Source: an uncultured Acidobacteriota bacterium (GTDB lineage: Bacteria; Acidobacteriota; Thermoanaerobaculia; UBA5066; Gp7-AA6). Taken from it: a stretch of 64,000 nt of DNA. A model generated the notes under the pieces. The model made no database searches. It was not told where the DNA came from and was given only the letters and a program-made list of their open reading frames with translations. Location of the stretch: assembly GCA_963764715.1 (NCBI GenBank), contig CAVXTP010000022.1:256001-320000 (forward strand), in the 5' to 3' direction. Of the stretch, positions 1 to 11,895 are shown one piece after another (position 1 is the stretch's first letter; the number at the start of each line of letters is the position of its first letter). A program made the position numbers and the translations under genes.

Positions 1-1812
<1,812 letters not shown>

Positions 1813-1816
<4 letters not shown>

Positions 1817-2334
1817 GGCGGACGGCGGGCGCGGCGTTCCTGGCGGCGATCCTGGTCCTGGCCGCGGGCTGCGGCTACACGCTCGTCGGCAAGGGCTCGT
1901 CGCTGCCCGAGAACATCCGGGTCGTGCAGTTCACGACGCTCGAGAACATGACCCAGCGGGTCGGGCTCGAGCAGCGGCTCTCGGGCGAGATCGCGCGGGA
2001 GCTCGCCTCCCGCGGACGGTTCAAGGTCCAGGCCACCGCCGAGGGCGCGGACGCGGTGCTCTCGGGCGCCGTGGTGGGGTTCAACCTCTTTCCGGTGGCC
2101 TTCGACTCGCAGGGCCGGGCGACCGACTACCAGGTCCAGATCACGACCCGCGCGTCGCTCAAGACGCTCCCGGACGAGAAGGTCCTCTGGGAGAACCCCG
2201 CCTTCACCTTTCGCGACAACTACCAGTTCAACGCGACCGCCGCGACCTACGTCGACCGGGAAAACGACGCCATCGACCGCGTCGCGGACCGGTACGCGCA
2301 GAGCCTCGTGACGAGCATGCTGGAGGGGTTTTAG
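1813..2334 (+). CDS. lptE: LPS-assembly lipoprotein LptE
   Basis: TTG overlapping the leuS stop; lipobox LAAGC then GY; '[15 protein letters not shown]'; canonical position downstream of leuS. Confidence 0.8.
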
Positions 2335-2357
2335 GCCGTCGCCTTCGCTTGCTCCGG

Positions 2358-2495
2358 GGTCTGCGCCTGCGGCGCACCGGCCTGCGGCTCGCGGATGGCG
2401 CTCGACCGCAGACCTGGCCCTTCACTGCGCGCTTCGCTCCCGCGGCGCGGACCTCCTCCCTCCCTTCGGTCGGGAGACTATCCGCGCCGCGAGCG
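2358..2495. repeat. nested palindromic (REP/MITE-like) intergenic element
   Basis: ggtctgcg 2358-2365 pairs with cgcagacc 2407-2414; perfect 11-bp stem cgcggcgcgga 2441-2451 / tccgcgccgcg 2481-2491 encloses ctccc-ttcggtc-gggag. Confidence 0.55.
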
Positions 2496-2537
2496 GATGC
2501 TGCGGTGCCGCGGAAATGAGGCTGGCAGGCTCCGGTC

Positions 2538-2562
2538 GTCGGGGCGGCCCTTGTGGCCGCCC
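2538..2562 (+). repeat. REP-like palindrome (GTCG-headed, GTAG family)
   Basis: GTCG GGGCGGCC CTTGT GGCCGCCC; same CTTGT loop as the minus-strand REP at 35014-35039. Confidence 0.6.
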
Positions 2563-2579
2563 GCAACGAATCGCGAAGG

Positions 2580-2825
2580 TTACTTGGCGGCTTTTTTGGC
2601 GAGGCGGCTCTTGTAGCGGGCGGCGGCGTTGCGGTGAATGACGCCTTTGGACAGCGCCCGGTCGATCGCGGAGTGGGTCGCGGGCAGCGCCTCGGCCTTC
2701 GTCTTCGAGTCGGCGGCGCCGTACTTCTTGACGACGCCGCGCAGGCGCGAGACGCGGGCCTTGTTGCGGGCGCGCTTCTTGGCGTTGGTTCGGATGCGTT
2801 TCTCGGCGGACTTGATGTTGGCCAT
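2580..2825 (-). CDS. rpsT: 30S ribosomal protein S20
   Basis: MANIKSAEKRIR...KGVIHRNAAARYKSRL; TAGGAG Shine-Dalgarno upstream. Confidence 0.97.
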   Translation of the reverse strand: MANIKSAEKRIRTNAKKRARNKARVSRLRGVVKKYGAADSKTKAEALPATHSAIDRALSKGVIHRNAAARYKSRLAKKAAK

Positions 2826-2929
2826 GGTGGCTGCTGTTCGCTCCTAAGCTATTCGTTCCGGTTCCGGCCGCGGGTCGGCGGACCGGGTGGGGGAGAATAT
2901 CGCGTTTCGGCGCCCGTTCAAGCGGGCCG

Positions 2930-3766
2930 TTACTTGGCGTCGACCCCGATGGACTTGAGCCGCGCCCGGGCCAGCCGGGCCTCCTCGGAGGTCGGGAACT
3001 CGTGGATGACGTACTGGAGCTGGACGACGCCCTCGGCCTTCTGGCCCAGCTCGAGCAGGGCGTAGGCTTTCTTGAGGAGCGCGGCGGCGGCCTTGTCGCT
3101 CGCCGGCCACTGCTTCAGGAGCTCCGTGAAGTCGTTGATCGCCTCGGGAAACTTCCGCTGGGCGAAGTGCGACTCGCCGATCCAGTACTGGGCATTGTCG
3201 GAGAGGTCGGTCGACGGATAGCTCGAGAGGTAGTCCTGGAATCCCTGGATCGCCAGGGCATAACGGCCCTTGGAGTAGTCGGCGTAGGCGGTGTCGTAGA
3301 GCTCGGCCGGCGAGGGCCCCGCGGCGCCGGGCCGGGCGGTCGTCGCGGGGGACCCCGGCGCGCCCGCGGGCGGAGCGCCGGGCAACACCGCCCCGCCGCC
3401 GGCGTTGCGCAGCCGGAGCAGCTCGCTCTGCGTCTCGGCGATCTGCTGGGAGAGCTGCGAGAGGCGGCGGTTGGTGTCCTCGAGCTTGGCCTCGAGCTGC
3501 TCCATCTTGGTCGTCAGCTCGGAGAGGCGGATCGCCGTGTCCGCGTTCGACTTCAGGAGCTGCGTGGTCTGGGTCGCGACGTTCTGGTTGAGCTTCTCGA
3601 CTTCTTCCTTGCTCGACGACTTCTTCTCGAGCGTCTGGATCTGTTTCTGGATGTCGCCCATCTGGCGGTGCAGACCCTCGATGTCGTCGGAGGAAACGCA
3701 GGCGGCGCCGGTCAGCGACGCCGCCGCGAGCAGGCCGTACAGGCCGAAGCGCCGGGGACCCGTCAA
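2930..3766 (-). CDS. cpoB: Tol-Pal system TPR lipoprotein CpoB/YbgF
   Basis: lipobox GAAC, coiled coil, TPRs 'YPSTDLSDNAQYWIGE'; follows pal. Confidence 0.9.
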   Translation of the reverse strand: MTGPRRFGLYGLLAAASLTGAACVSSDDIEGLHRQMGDIQKQIQTLEKKSSSKEEVEKLNQNVATQTTQLLKSNADTAIRLSELTTKMEQLEAKLEDTNRRLSQLSQQIAETQSELLRLRNAGGGAVLPGAPPAGAPGSPATTARPGAAGPSPAELYDTAYADYSKGRYALAIQGFQDYLSSYPSTDLSDNAQYWIGESHFAQRKFPEAINDFTELLKQWPASDKAAAALLKKAYALLELGQKAEGVVQLQYVIHEFPTSEEARLARARLKSIGVDAK

Positions 3767-3767
3767 G

Positions 3768-4334
3768 CTACTTGGCCGTGATGACGAGGTGGGCGCGGCG
3801 GTTCTGCTGCCAGCAGCTCTCGTTCGAGTCCGAGCAGAACGGCCGCTCTTCTCCGTACGATACGGTCTTGATTCGGGAGGCGTCGATGCCGAGCGACACC
3901 AGGTATTCCTTGGCGGCGTTGGCGCGGCGGTCGCCGAGGGCGAGGTTGTAGTTGCCGGTGCCGCGCTCGTCGCAGTGGCCCTCGATCAGGATCTGCACCG
4001 AGGGGTACTTCTTGAGCCACTCGGCGTCGGCGGCGAGCGCCGTGCGGGCGTCCTCGCGCAGGTCGGACTGGTCGTAGTCGAAGTACGCGTCGGTCAGGTA
4101 GCCCTTCTTGTTCATCTCCGCGACGTCCTGCTTGAGCACGTCGGACGTCACGTCGCGGCTGGTGGACGGCGCCGCCGGCGGCGGGACCTGCGTGTCCGAG
4201 GGAGTCTTGGCGGTGACCGGAGGGCGGGCATCCTGTGTGCTCGTGGGAGCCTTCTTCTTGCAACCGGAATTCACGACGAGCGCCACCGTGGCGAGGAGAA
4301 CGAGTGTGGTGAGACCCCTGAGATTCTTCGTCAT
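3768..4334 (-). CDS. pal: peptidoglycan-associated lipoprotein Pal
   Basis: lipobox NSGC; YFDYD, IEGHCDERG, YNLALGDRRA, VSYGEERP, NRRA; ATG at 4334 with AAGGGAG SD. Confidence 0.96.
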   Translation of the reverse strand: MTKNLRGLTTLVLLATVALVVNSGCKKKAPTSTQDARPPVTAKTPSDTQVPPPAAPSTSRDVTSDVLKQDVAEMNKKGYLTDAYFDYDQSDLREDARTALAADAEWLKKYPSVQILIEGHCDERGTGNYNLALGDRRANAAKEYLVSLGIDASRIKTVSYGEERPFCSDSNESCWQQNRRAHLVITAK

Positions 4335-4438
4335 TCGGTACTCCCTTAAGTCGGTGGAGCGGGGCTCGCAGCGCGGTGGCACCGCCCGGAAACCCAGTGT
4401 AGCAAAGACCTTCGCCAAACCCCAGTCTGAATCGTTCT

Positions 4439-5761
4439 CTACGGAATCCACCAGGGCGAAGAGTGATTTCCTCCGCGCGTCAGCTGGCGCTTGTTCTGCC
4501 CGTTTGCGTCCATCGTGTAGATCTGAGTCGATCCGTTGCGCCGCGAGGCGTAGACGATCTTCTCGCCGTCGGGCGACCACGAGGGGTGGCCGTTCGAGCC
4601 CTCCGACGTGAGCTGGATCGTCTGGCCGGTCGCGAAGTCCATGACGCAGATGTTGAAGTCGCCCTCGTTGCGGCAGGCGAAGGCGATGCGCGCGCCGTCG
4701 GGGGACCAGGCCGCCTCGTCGTTCCAGTTTCCGGCGAGCGTGACCCGGCGCGACCCCGTGCCCTCGGCGTCCATCACGTAGATCTGGGGCGTCCCCGTCA
4801 GGTCCGAGGTGTAGAGGATCTGGCGGCCGGTGGGCGACCAGGCGGGGGAGGCCTCGAGGGCGCGGCTCGTCGTCAGGCGCCGGGCCGGTCCGCCCGCGAC
4901 CCCAATCGTGTAGATGTCGGCGTTGCCTTTGGCCGAGCCGGCGAACGCGATCTGCGAGGCGTCGGGCGAAAGCGAGGGCGACGCGTTGAGCTCGAGGCCC
5001 GTCGCCATCTCGCGCTTGTCGCCGCCGTCGAGCGACATCGTCCAGATCTGGGGATAGAGGTGGACGTAGGACGTGTAGGCGATGCGTCCATTGGCGCCGT
5101 TGGGGTTGAGCGCGATCGACTTGTGCGAGGTCAGCTGGCGCACGCCCCGGCCGTCGAAGTCCATCGCCGAGATCTCCTTGATGGGCGGCTGGTCGGTGAC
5201 GAAGAGGATCGTCGACAGGAAGAGGCCCGGCTTTCCGGTGAAGTACTTGACGATGTCGTTGGCGATCGTGTGCGCGATGCGCTCGACGTAACTGGCGCCT
5301 CCCGAGTAGCGGCGCCCCATGATGAGCTTGCGGGACTTCAGGTCCCAGACGCGGGCCTCGATGGAGACCTTGTCCCCCGCGATCTCGCCGCGGGTGTCGA
5401 TCAGGGCCTCGGCGCCGGTGCCGAGCCAACGGTCGGCCACCTCCGGGGTCGTCGGGTCGCGGTAGCCCGCGGGATAGAGGGCCGGCTCGGCGACCGCGAA
5501 GGCTCCCGCGTACTCGAGGTCCGAGCGCAGCGTCGCCGTGAAGGGCTCCGCGACCTTGTCCTGGAGCCCGGCCGTCCCGGGCGCGAAGAGGGGCGGGACC
5601 GCGACCGCCAGGCGACGGCCCTCCCCGCCCTTGATCGTGATCTGGATGTCCTCGGCGGGGGCCGGCGTGGGCGCCGGCGCCTGGGCGAGGAGCGGGAGCG
5701 CGGCGGCGCCGAGCGCGGCCGCGAGGACGAAGCGTCGAACCATCGGTGACTCCTGGGTCAT
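4439..5761 (-). CDS. tolB: Tol-Pal beta-propeller protein TolB
   Basis: signal peptide, TolB N-domain, PD40 repeats (SPAWSPTG, AAWSPDG, HPSWSPDG). Confidence 0.92.
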   Translation of the reverse strand: MTQESPMVRRFVLAAALGAAALPLLAQAPAPTPAPAEDIQITIKGGEGRRLAVAVPPLFAPGTAGLQDKVAEPFTATLRSDLEYAGAFAVAEPALYPAGYRDPTTPEVADRWLGTGAEALIDTRGEIAGDKVSIEARVWDLKSRKLIMGRRYSGGASYVERIAHTIANDIVKYFTGKPGLFLSTILFVTDQPPIKEISAMDFDGRGVRQLTSHKSIALNPNGANGRIAYTSYVHLYPQIWTMSLDGGDKREMATGLELNASPSLSPDASQIAFAGSAKGNADIYTIGVAGGPARRLTTSRALEASPAWSPTGRQILYTSDLTGTPQIYVMDAEGTGSRRVTLAGNWNDEAAWSPDGARIAFACRNEGDFNICVMDFATGQTIQLTSEGSNGHPSWSPDGEKIVYASRRNGSTQIYTMDANGQNKRQLTRGGNHSSPWWIP

Positions 5762-6522
5762 TCGAAGACGACCTGTATGCCCAAGTGCGGGCCGGGGTAA
5801 TCGGTCGGAAGCGGCGGGAGGGGCGAGGAGGCGATCACCGCGCGCAGCGCGGCCCGGTCGACGAACGGCAGCCCGCTCGACACGACCAGCCGCGGGTCGG
5901 TGATCGTTCCGTCGCGCTCGATCTGGAAGTGCACGACGGGGTTGGTCTGCACGACCTGCGCGGGCTTGAACCAGTTGAGGCTCATGATGCCGACCATCCG
6001 CTCGATGTAGATCGGGTACTTGAAGTCGGCCTGGTCGATCTTGAAGCCGCCGATGCCGGCCGAGCCGCCGGCCCCCGGCGCGGCGCCCGCGGAGGTCCCG
6101 GGCGTCTCGTCCTCGGACGTCGGCAGGTTCACGGCGGGCGTGGCGGCGCGCCCCGGCCGGCTGACGGGCGGAGGCGTCGGCTTCTTCTTGTCCTCCTTGG
6201 CGGGCAGCAGCACGGCCTTCTTCGAAGGCTTGGGGACCTCCTCGACCGGCTTCTCGATCTTCGGCTTTTCGGCGGCCGGCGGCGCCGCGGGCGCGGGAAC
6301 CGGGGCCGGCGCCGGCTTGACCTGCGGCGCCTGGATCGAGCCCGAGCGGAGGAGCCGGATCGCCACCGCGCGCGGCGGCGTGATCCGCATGGGCTTGGCC
6401 ATGAAGGAGGCGAGCAGGCCGCCGAGGACGGCCCCGTGGAGGATGACCGTGAGCACCGTGGCGGGGGCCCACGGCATTCGTTCCTCCTGCCGCGCGGCGA
6501 GGATGCTGCCGACCGCGTCCAT
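5758..6522 (-). CDS. tolA: TolA/TonB-like energy transducer (TonB C-terminal domain)
   Basis: N-terminal TM with SxxxH-like 'TVILH', Pro/Lys-rich linker, 'FQIERDGTI...SSG...DRAALRAV'; lies between tolR and tolB. Confidence 0.78.
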   Translation of the reverse strand: MDAVGSILAARQEERMPWAPATVLTVILHGAVLGGLLASFMAKPMRITPPRAVAIRLLRSGSIQAPQVKPAPAPVPAPAAPPAAEKPKIEKPVEEVPKPSKKAVLLPAKEDKKKPTPPPVSRPGRAATPAVNLPTSEDETPGTSAGAAPGAGGSAGIGGFKIDQADFKYPIYIERMVGIMSLNWFKPAQVVQTNPVVHFQIERDGTITDPRLVVSSGLPFVDRAALRAVIASSPLPPLPTDYPGPHLGIQVVFE

Positions 6523-6550
6523 CAGCGCCCCGGAGCGGTGTGGCGGGGAG

Positions 6551-6979
6551 TCACTTCTTCGAAGCTCCCGAGGTGTCGGTGACGAGGCCGAGGCTCTCGA
6601 TTCCCATCCGGTTCAGGAGGTCGAGGGTCTCGATCACCGTCCCGTACGAGAGCCCGCGGTCGGCTTTCAGCAGCACGGCCTTCTCGCGTCGGCCGCGGAG
6701 AATCGCCCGCAGCCGGTCGCGGAGCAGGCCGCGGGCCACCGGTGTCTCGTTGATGTAGAAGAGCCCTTCGCGCGAGATGGAGAGGACGATCGGGTCCTCG
6801 GGGTTCGACTGGAGGTTGGTCGTCGCCGTCTTCGGCAGCGCGACCGAGATCCCCTGGTGGAGCATGGGGGCCGTGACCATGAAGATGATCAGCAGCACGA
6901 GCATCACGTCCACCAGCGGCGTGACGTTGATGTCCGCGAGGTGGTCGAATTCGTCGGCGGACTGGCGCTGGAATGCCAT
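6551..6979 (-). CDS. tolR: TolR/ExbD
   Basis: INVTPLVDVMLVLLIIFMVTAP signature; LKADRGLSYG. Confidence 0.92.
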   Translation of the reverse strand: MAFQRQSADEFDHLADINVTPLVDVMLVLLIIFMVTAPMLHQGISVALPKTATTNLQSNPEDPIVLSISREGLFYINETPVARGLLRDRLRAILRGRREKAVLLKADRGLSYGTVIETLDLLNRMGIESLGLVTDTSGASKK

Positions 6980-7000
6980 GCTCTAGGGAGACACCGCGGC

Positions 7001-7746
7001 CTACGTGAAGTTCCTCTCCGCCAGGTTGATGAACTCGAGGGAGAAGTCCTCCATGCCGGCGCGCTGCTGGCGCACCTTGCCCATGAAGTAGTTGTAGAAA
7101 ATCATGGCGGGGATCGCCGCGGCGAGGCCCGCGGCGGTGTTGACGAGGGCCTCGGAGATTCCGGGCGCGACCGCCGCGATCGACGTCGAGCCCGTCATGC
7201 CGATCGCCCGGAAGGACTGCATGATGCCCCACACCGTGCCGAAGAGGCCGATGAACGGGCAGGCCGAGGCCGTCGTGGCGAGGAACGTCATCCACTTCGT
7301 CAGACGCGAGAGCTCGACGCCGATCGCGCGCTCGAGCGCCCGTTCGATCCCGGAGATGTTCTTGATCACGAGCTTGCCCGGACGCGCCGCCGGCCGGTCG
7401 TGGGCGCGTCGTCGGCGCGGTTGGCCTTGACCTGCGCGTCGAGCTCGGCGTAACCGGCTTTGAAGAGGGTCGTCAGGGGCGTGTCCGAGAGCTCGCCGGC
7501 GAAGGTGTTGACCTCGGAGAACCTCTTGGACTTGCGGAAGAAGGCCACGAACTTATCGGACTGGCGGGACACCCGGCGGAGCCGGATGAACTTGGCGAAA
7601 ATGATCGCCCACGACACGAACGAAAAGAGCAGGAGGATGCCCAGGACGACCTTGGCGGTGGTCCCGGTTTCCCAGAAAAACGAGAGGATGGAGGTCTGAC
7701 CCGGCAGATTTTCGGTGGATACGGGCTGAAAAGCGGTCGCCAACAT
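7001..7746 (-). CDS. tolQ: TolQ/ExbB proton channel (apparent indel ~7390)
   Basis: PFIGLFGTVWGIM, VAPGISEALVNTAAGL; N-terminal half in another frame (VLGILLLFSFVSWAII). Confidence 0.92.
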
Positions 7747-7821
7747 CGGTTTCGACCGTAACATAGGGACATGAGAGGGTCAAAGGGAATGGAGCGGCGG
7801 AGTCGGGGCGTTGTGCCGTTC

Positions 7822-9657
7822 GTGAGACTGCTCTCGAGCCGTCGGTTGGGCCTCATGCTGCTCGGAGCGCTGCTCTCGGCGGCCGCGGCGACCGCGACCG
7901 AGATCTTCCCCGTCAAGGACCTCGCTCCCGGCATGCGGGGCTTCACCCTCTCCGATCTCGGCGACGGCAAGGGCGTCCAGCGTTACGACATCGAGATCGT
8001 CGGCGTGCTCCAGAGCTACGCCCCGAAGCAGGACCTGGTGCTGGCGCGCGTCCTGAACGACGCCATCGAGAAGACCGGGATCATCGCGGGCATGAGCGGG
8101 AGCCCGGTCTACGTCGACGGGCGCCTCGTCGGAGCGCTCGCCTACGGATGGCCCTTTTCGCGGGAGCCGATCTGCGGCATCACGCCGATCCAGAGCATGC
8201 TCGACATCCGCAAGGCGCCCGCGGCGCCTCCCGTCCCGATCGGGGGCGCGGCCGCGCCGGCGGCGCAGTTCGTTTCGACCTTCGGCGGGCGCGATTTCGC
8301 CGGAGGGCTGACGGCGCTGCTCTCGCCGCTCAAGGGCGGCGAAGGGGCGAGCGCGGGCCCGGTGCCCCTGCCTCTGCCGGTGTCCTTCACGGGAGCGACG
8401 GCGGGCGGGACCCTCTTCGGGCGCGTCGCGGAGGCGGCCGGCTGGCTCGTCGCGCCGTCGGGCGCCTCGGCCGCGGCGCATGCCGCGGCGGCTCCGGGAG
8501 GCGGCGGGACGGTGCCGGATCCGGCCCATCGTCTGGAGCCGGGCTCGGCCGTCGCCGCCGTGCTTCTTTCGGGCGACATGGTCCTTTCGGCGACCGGGAC
8601 CGTCACGTGGGTCGACGGCAACTCGATCCTGGCGTTCGGCCACCCGTTCCTCTCGATGGGGCCGGTCGACATGCCGATGGCGCAGGCCGAGGTCCTGACC
8701 GTCCTGCCGTCGCTCTACCGCTCCTTCAAGTTCTCGACGACGGGCCCGGTGCTCGGCTCGGTCTCGCAGGACCGCTCGACCGGAATCCTCGGCAGCTTCG
8801 GCAAGCCGCCGACCATGGTGCCGGTGACGATCCGCATGACGTCCGAGGATGTCCCGACCCAGACCTTCAAGTTCGAGGTCGTCCACAACGCGATGCTGAC
8901 GCCGATCCTCGTGGCGCTCGCGACGGACAACGTGCTGACGACCCTGGAGAAGCGGGCCGGGGAACGCACGATCGTCTGGAAATCGGCGATCGCGACCGAC
9001 GACCGCACCGTGCGCTGGGACTCGGTCTTCTCGGGGCTCTCCGCCCGCGAGGAGGCCGTGGGCTCGCTCGCCCTCCTGACGAACTACCTGATGGCCAACG
9101 AATTTCACGACCTCTCGATCCGGGGCGTCGAGATCGAGATCGTGCACTCCGACCGGCTCCAGAGCGCCCGGATCATCCACGTCGAGGCGCAGAAGGAGCG
9201 CGTCCGGCCGGGCGACACGGTGCCGGTGTGGGTCGACCTCGAGGACTTCCGGGGCGGTCCCCGCCGCGTGGTGATGACGGCCCGGGTTCCCGAGGACGCG
9301 CCGCCCGGGCCGCTGACGGTCTTCGTCGGCGACGGAAACGCCGCGACGGCGTACGATCTCGCCCTCTATCCGCCGGACCCGCACTCGCTCGACCAGGTCC
9401 TCGACTTCATCTCGCGCATGCGGCCGGCCAACACGCTGAACCTCCTGACCTACCGGGCCGCTCCCGGAGCGGTCGTCAACGGCGAAGCGCTCGCGGCGCT
9501 GCCGCCGACGCGGGCCGCCCTCCTGAAGGACCGCGGACCGGGGGACGGGACGCCGGACCTCGGCTACCTGCGCCTCCAGGCCGAGTCGATCGAGCAACCC
9601 GTTCCCGTGACCGGTTCGGCGCGGCTGAACCTGGAAGTGTTGCCGAGGGTCTGGTGA
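7822..9657 (+). CDS. secreted SpoIVB peptidase S55-domain protein (start uncertain, 7771-7855)
   Basis: signal peptide; 'GIIAGMSGSPVYVDGRLVGAL' S55 catalytic-Ser motif; 'LAFGHPF'. Confidence 0.85.
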   Translation: MRLLSSRRLGLMLLGALLSAAAATATEIFPVKDLAPGMRGFTLSDLGDGKGVQRYDIEIVGVLQSYAPKQDLVLARVLNDAIEKTGIIAGMSGSPVYVDGRLVGALAYGWPFSREPICGITPIQSMLDIRKAPAAPPVPIGGAAAPAAQFVSTFGGRDFAGGLTALLSPLKGGEGASAGPVPLPLPVSFTGATAGGTLFGRVAEAAGWLVAPSGASAAAHAAAAPGGGGTVPDPAHRLEPGSAVAAVLLSGDMVLSATGTVTWVDGNSILAFGHPFLSMGPVDMPMAQAEVLTVLPSLYRSFKFSTTGPVLGSVSQDRSTGILGSFGKPPTMVPVTIRMTSEDVPTQTFKFEVVHNAMLTPILVALATDNVLTTLEKRAGERTIVWKSAIATDDRTVRWDSVFSGLSAREEAVGSLALLTNYLMANEFHDLSIRGVEIEIVHSDRLQSARIIHVEAQKERVRPGDTVPVWVDLEDFRGGPRRVVMTARVPEDAPPGPLTVFVGDGNAATAYDLALYPPDPHSLDQVLDFISRMRPANTLNLLTYRAAPGAVVNGEALAALPPTRAALLKDRGPGDGTPDLGYLRLQAESIEQPVPVTGSARLNLEVLPRVW

Positions 9658-11836
9658 GGCGGGGCCTCACCCGGGTCGGCGCGCCGGCGCTCGCGGCGGC
9701 GCTCGCGGCGGCGTCGCTTTCGGCATCGACCGTCCGGATCTGGGTCTGCGACACGTCGGCGGACTTCTCGCTCGGCGAGGCGCGAGGCATCTCGGTCACC
9801 GCCGACGGCGCGCTCGTCGCCGGCCGGAGCCTCGCGAAGGTCGACGGGATCTCCGAGGCGGTCCTCTTCGGGGCCGCCGCGGGCAAGGGCGGCGAGCTCT
9901 ACGTGGGGACCGGAGACTCGGGCCGGATCCTGCGCGTCTCCTCGTCGGGGGCCGTCGACATCTGGGCGACCCTGCCCGAGCAGGAGGTCACGGCGCTCGT
10001 GGTCGGACCGGACGGCGCCGTCTACGCCGGCGGCTCGCCGGGCGGCAAGGTCTACCGCGTCGAGAACGGGAAGGCCGCGGTCTACTACGAGACGAAGGCG
10101 CAGTACGTGTGGGCGCTGGCCTTCTCCGGCCCCGTCCTGTACGTCGCGACGGGCCTGCCGGGCGAGATTCACCGCGTCCGCACCTCGGGGCAGGGCGAGC
10201 GCGTCTACGCGACGACGGACGCCCACGTGCGCTCGCTCTATCGCCGACGGCGTCGGCCGTGTCTGGGCCGGCACGTCCGGCTCCGGCCTCGTGCTGCGGA
10301 TCGACAAGACCGGCCGCGTGTCGACGATCTACGACTCCTGCGAAGCCCGAGATCACCGCGATCACGGCGGACGCCAGCGGGAGGATCTGGGCGGCCGCCG
10401 GCGCGGCGGACATGTCCGCCCCGAACGCCGAGCCGATCTCGGTTCCCGTCGTGGCCGCCGCCGCGAAGCCCGCGCGCAGCGGCTCCCCGACGGACGAAGA
10501 GGACCGATCGAAGCCCGAGGTCACCGTGAGCGTCTCGACGCCGCGCCTGGCCCCTTCGCGGGGGTCCGCGCGGGGCGGGTATTCCTCCGAGATCGTCCTG
10601 TTCGAGGAAGGGGAGCCGCCCCGCTCGGTCTGGACCGGGGCGGAGGAGGTGGTCTTCGATCTCGCGCGGGACGACGCCGGCGGCGGGGTCGTGGCGGCCA
10701 CGGGGCCCCGCGGCAAGCTCTACGCGATCGCTCCCGACACGGCCGCCCTCGTGCGGACCTTCGACGAGAAGCAGGTCACGTTCCTCGGCGGGAGGCGACG
10801 TCGGGCTGAACGCGTCGACGGCCCTGTACCGGGGCAAGCCCGGGCGGCTCGGTCGGCGAGTACGTCTCGCCCGTCAAGGACACCGGACGGACCAGCCGGT
10901 TCGGCGCGTTCCGGTGGGAAGGAGACGCGCCCTCGGGCTCTCGGATCCAGTTCGCGTTCCGGTCCGGCGAGTCGTCCACTCCCGACGGCACCTGGAGCGA
11001 GTGGACGGCCTGGGAAGAGGGCGCGCGGACCGTGGCGATCGCGGTCCCGGACGGGCGGTTCCTGCAGTGGAAGGTCCGCATGGAGTCGGACGGGTCGCGG
11101 ACCCCGCGGATCCGGCGCACGGAGGCGGCCTACCGCAACCGCAACTCGGCCCCGGTGATCGAGAGCGTGGTCGCGCTCGAGCCGGCCGAGATCCTGGCGC
11201 GGTCGGGCTCGAGCGGCACGAACGTGTTCGAGTCCTCGGCGCCCGACGAGAAAGGCATCTTCACGAGCCTCGAGGAGCCGAAGTCCGAGGGCTCGCCGCG
11301 CAAGCTCTTCCGCAAGGGCTACCGGACGATCCAGTGGAAGGCGACCGATCCCGACGGGGACCCGATGGCCTACGAGATCGATTTCCGGCCGGCCGGAGGC
11401 TCGAAGTGGATGGTCCTTCGCAAGGACGTCCGCGACTCGTCCTACTCGTTCGACTCGACGTCCCTGCCCGACGGCGAGTACGTCTTCCGCGTGACCGCGT
11501 CGGACGCCGAGGCGAACCCGAGCGACGCGAAGTCGACGTCGCGCGACTCGTCGCCGGTCCGGCTCGACAACGCGCCCCCGGCGATCCGCGAGGTCTCGCG
11601 CTCGGCCGGGCGTGCTCGAGGTCGAGGTCACGGACGCGGGCTCGCCGCTGACGGAGGCCGAGTACAGCGTCGACGCCCGCAAGTGGACCCGCGTCGAGGC
11701 CAAGGACGGGCTCTCCGATTCGCCCCGCGAGAACTACGTGATCCGGCTCCCGGCGGACGCCCGCGGCGGCTACCTGCTCGTGCGCGTCACCGACTCCGCC
11801 CGCAACGTCGCGACCGAGTCCTACACCGCGCCGTAG
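9654..11836 (+). CDS. secreted beta-propeller + C-terminal FN3-like protein (several apparent indels)
   Basis: GTG overlapping the S55 stop; signal peptide; repeats LYVGTG/VYAGGS/LYVATG/VWAGTS; C-terminal 'WKATDPDGDPMAYEI...LPDGEYVFRVTASD'. Confidence 0.7.
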
Positions 11837-11895
11837 CCGGCGAAGCGACCGGCCGCGGGCCCTCCGGCGCGCGAGTCCGTCATAATCTGATCGCG

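Noticed and set aside
2335-2579. tRNA or known riboswitch in the lptE-rpsT gap
   Set aside because: No cloverleaf, T-loop or CCA, and the position is 3' of both genes; kept only as a repeat or structure candidate.
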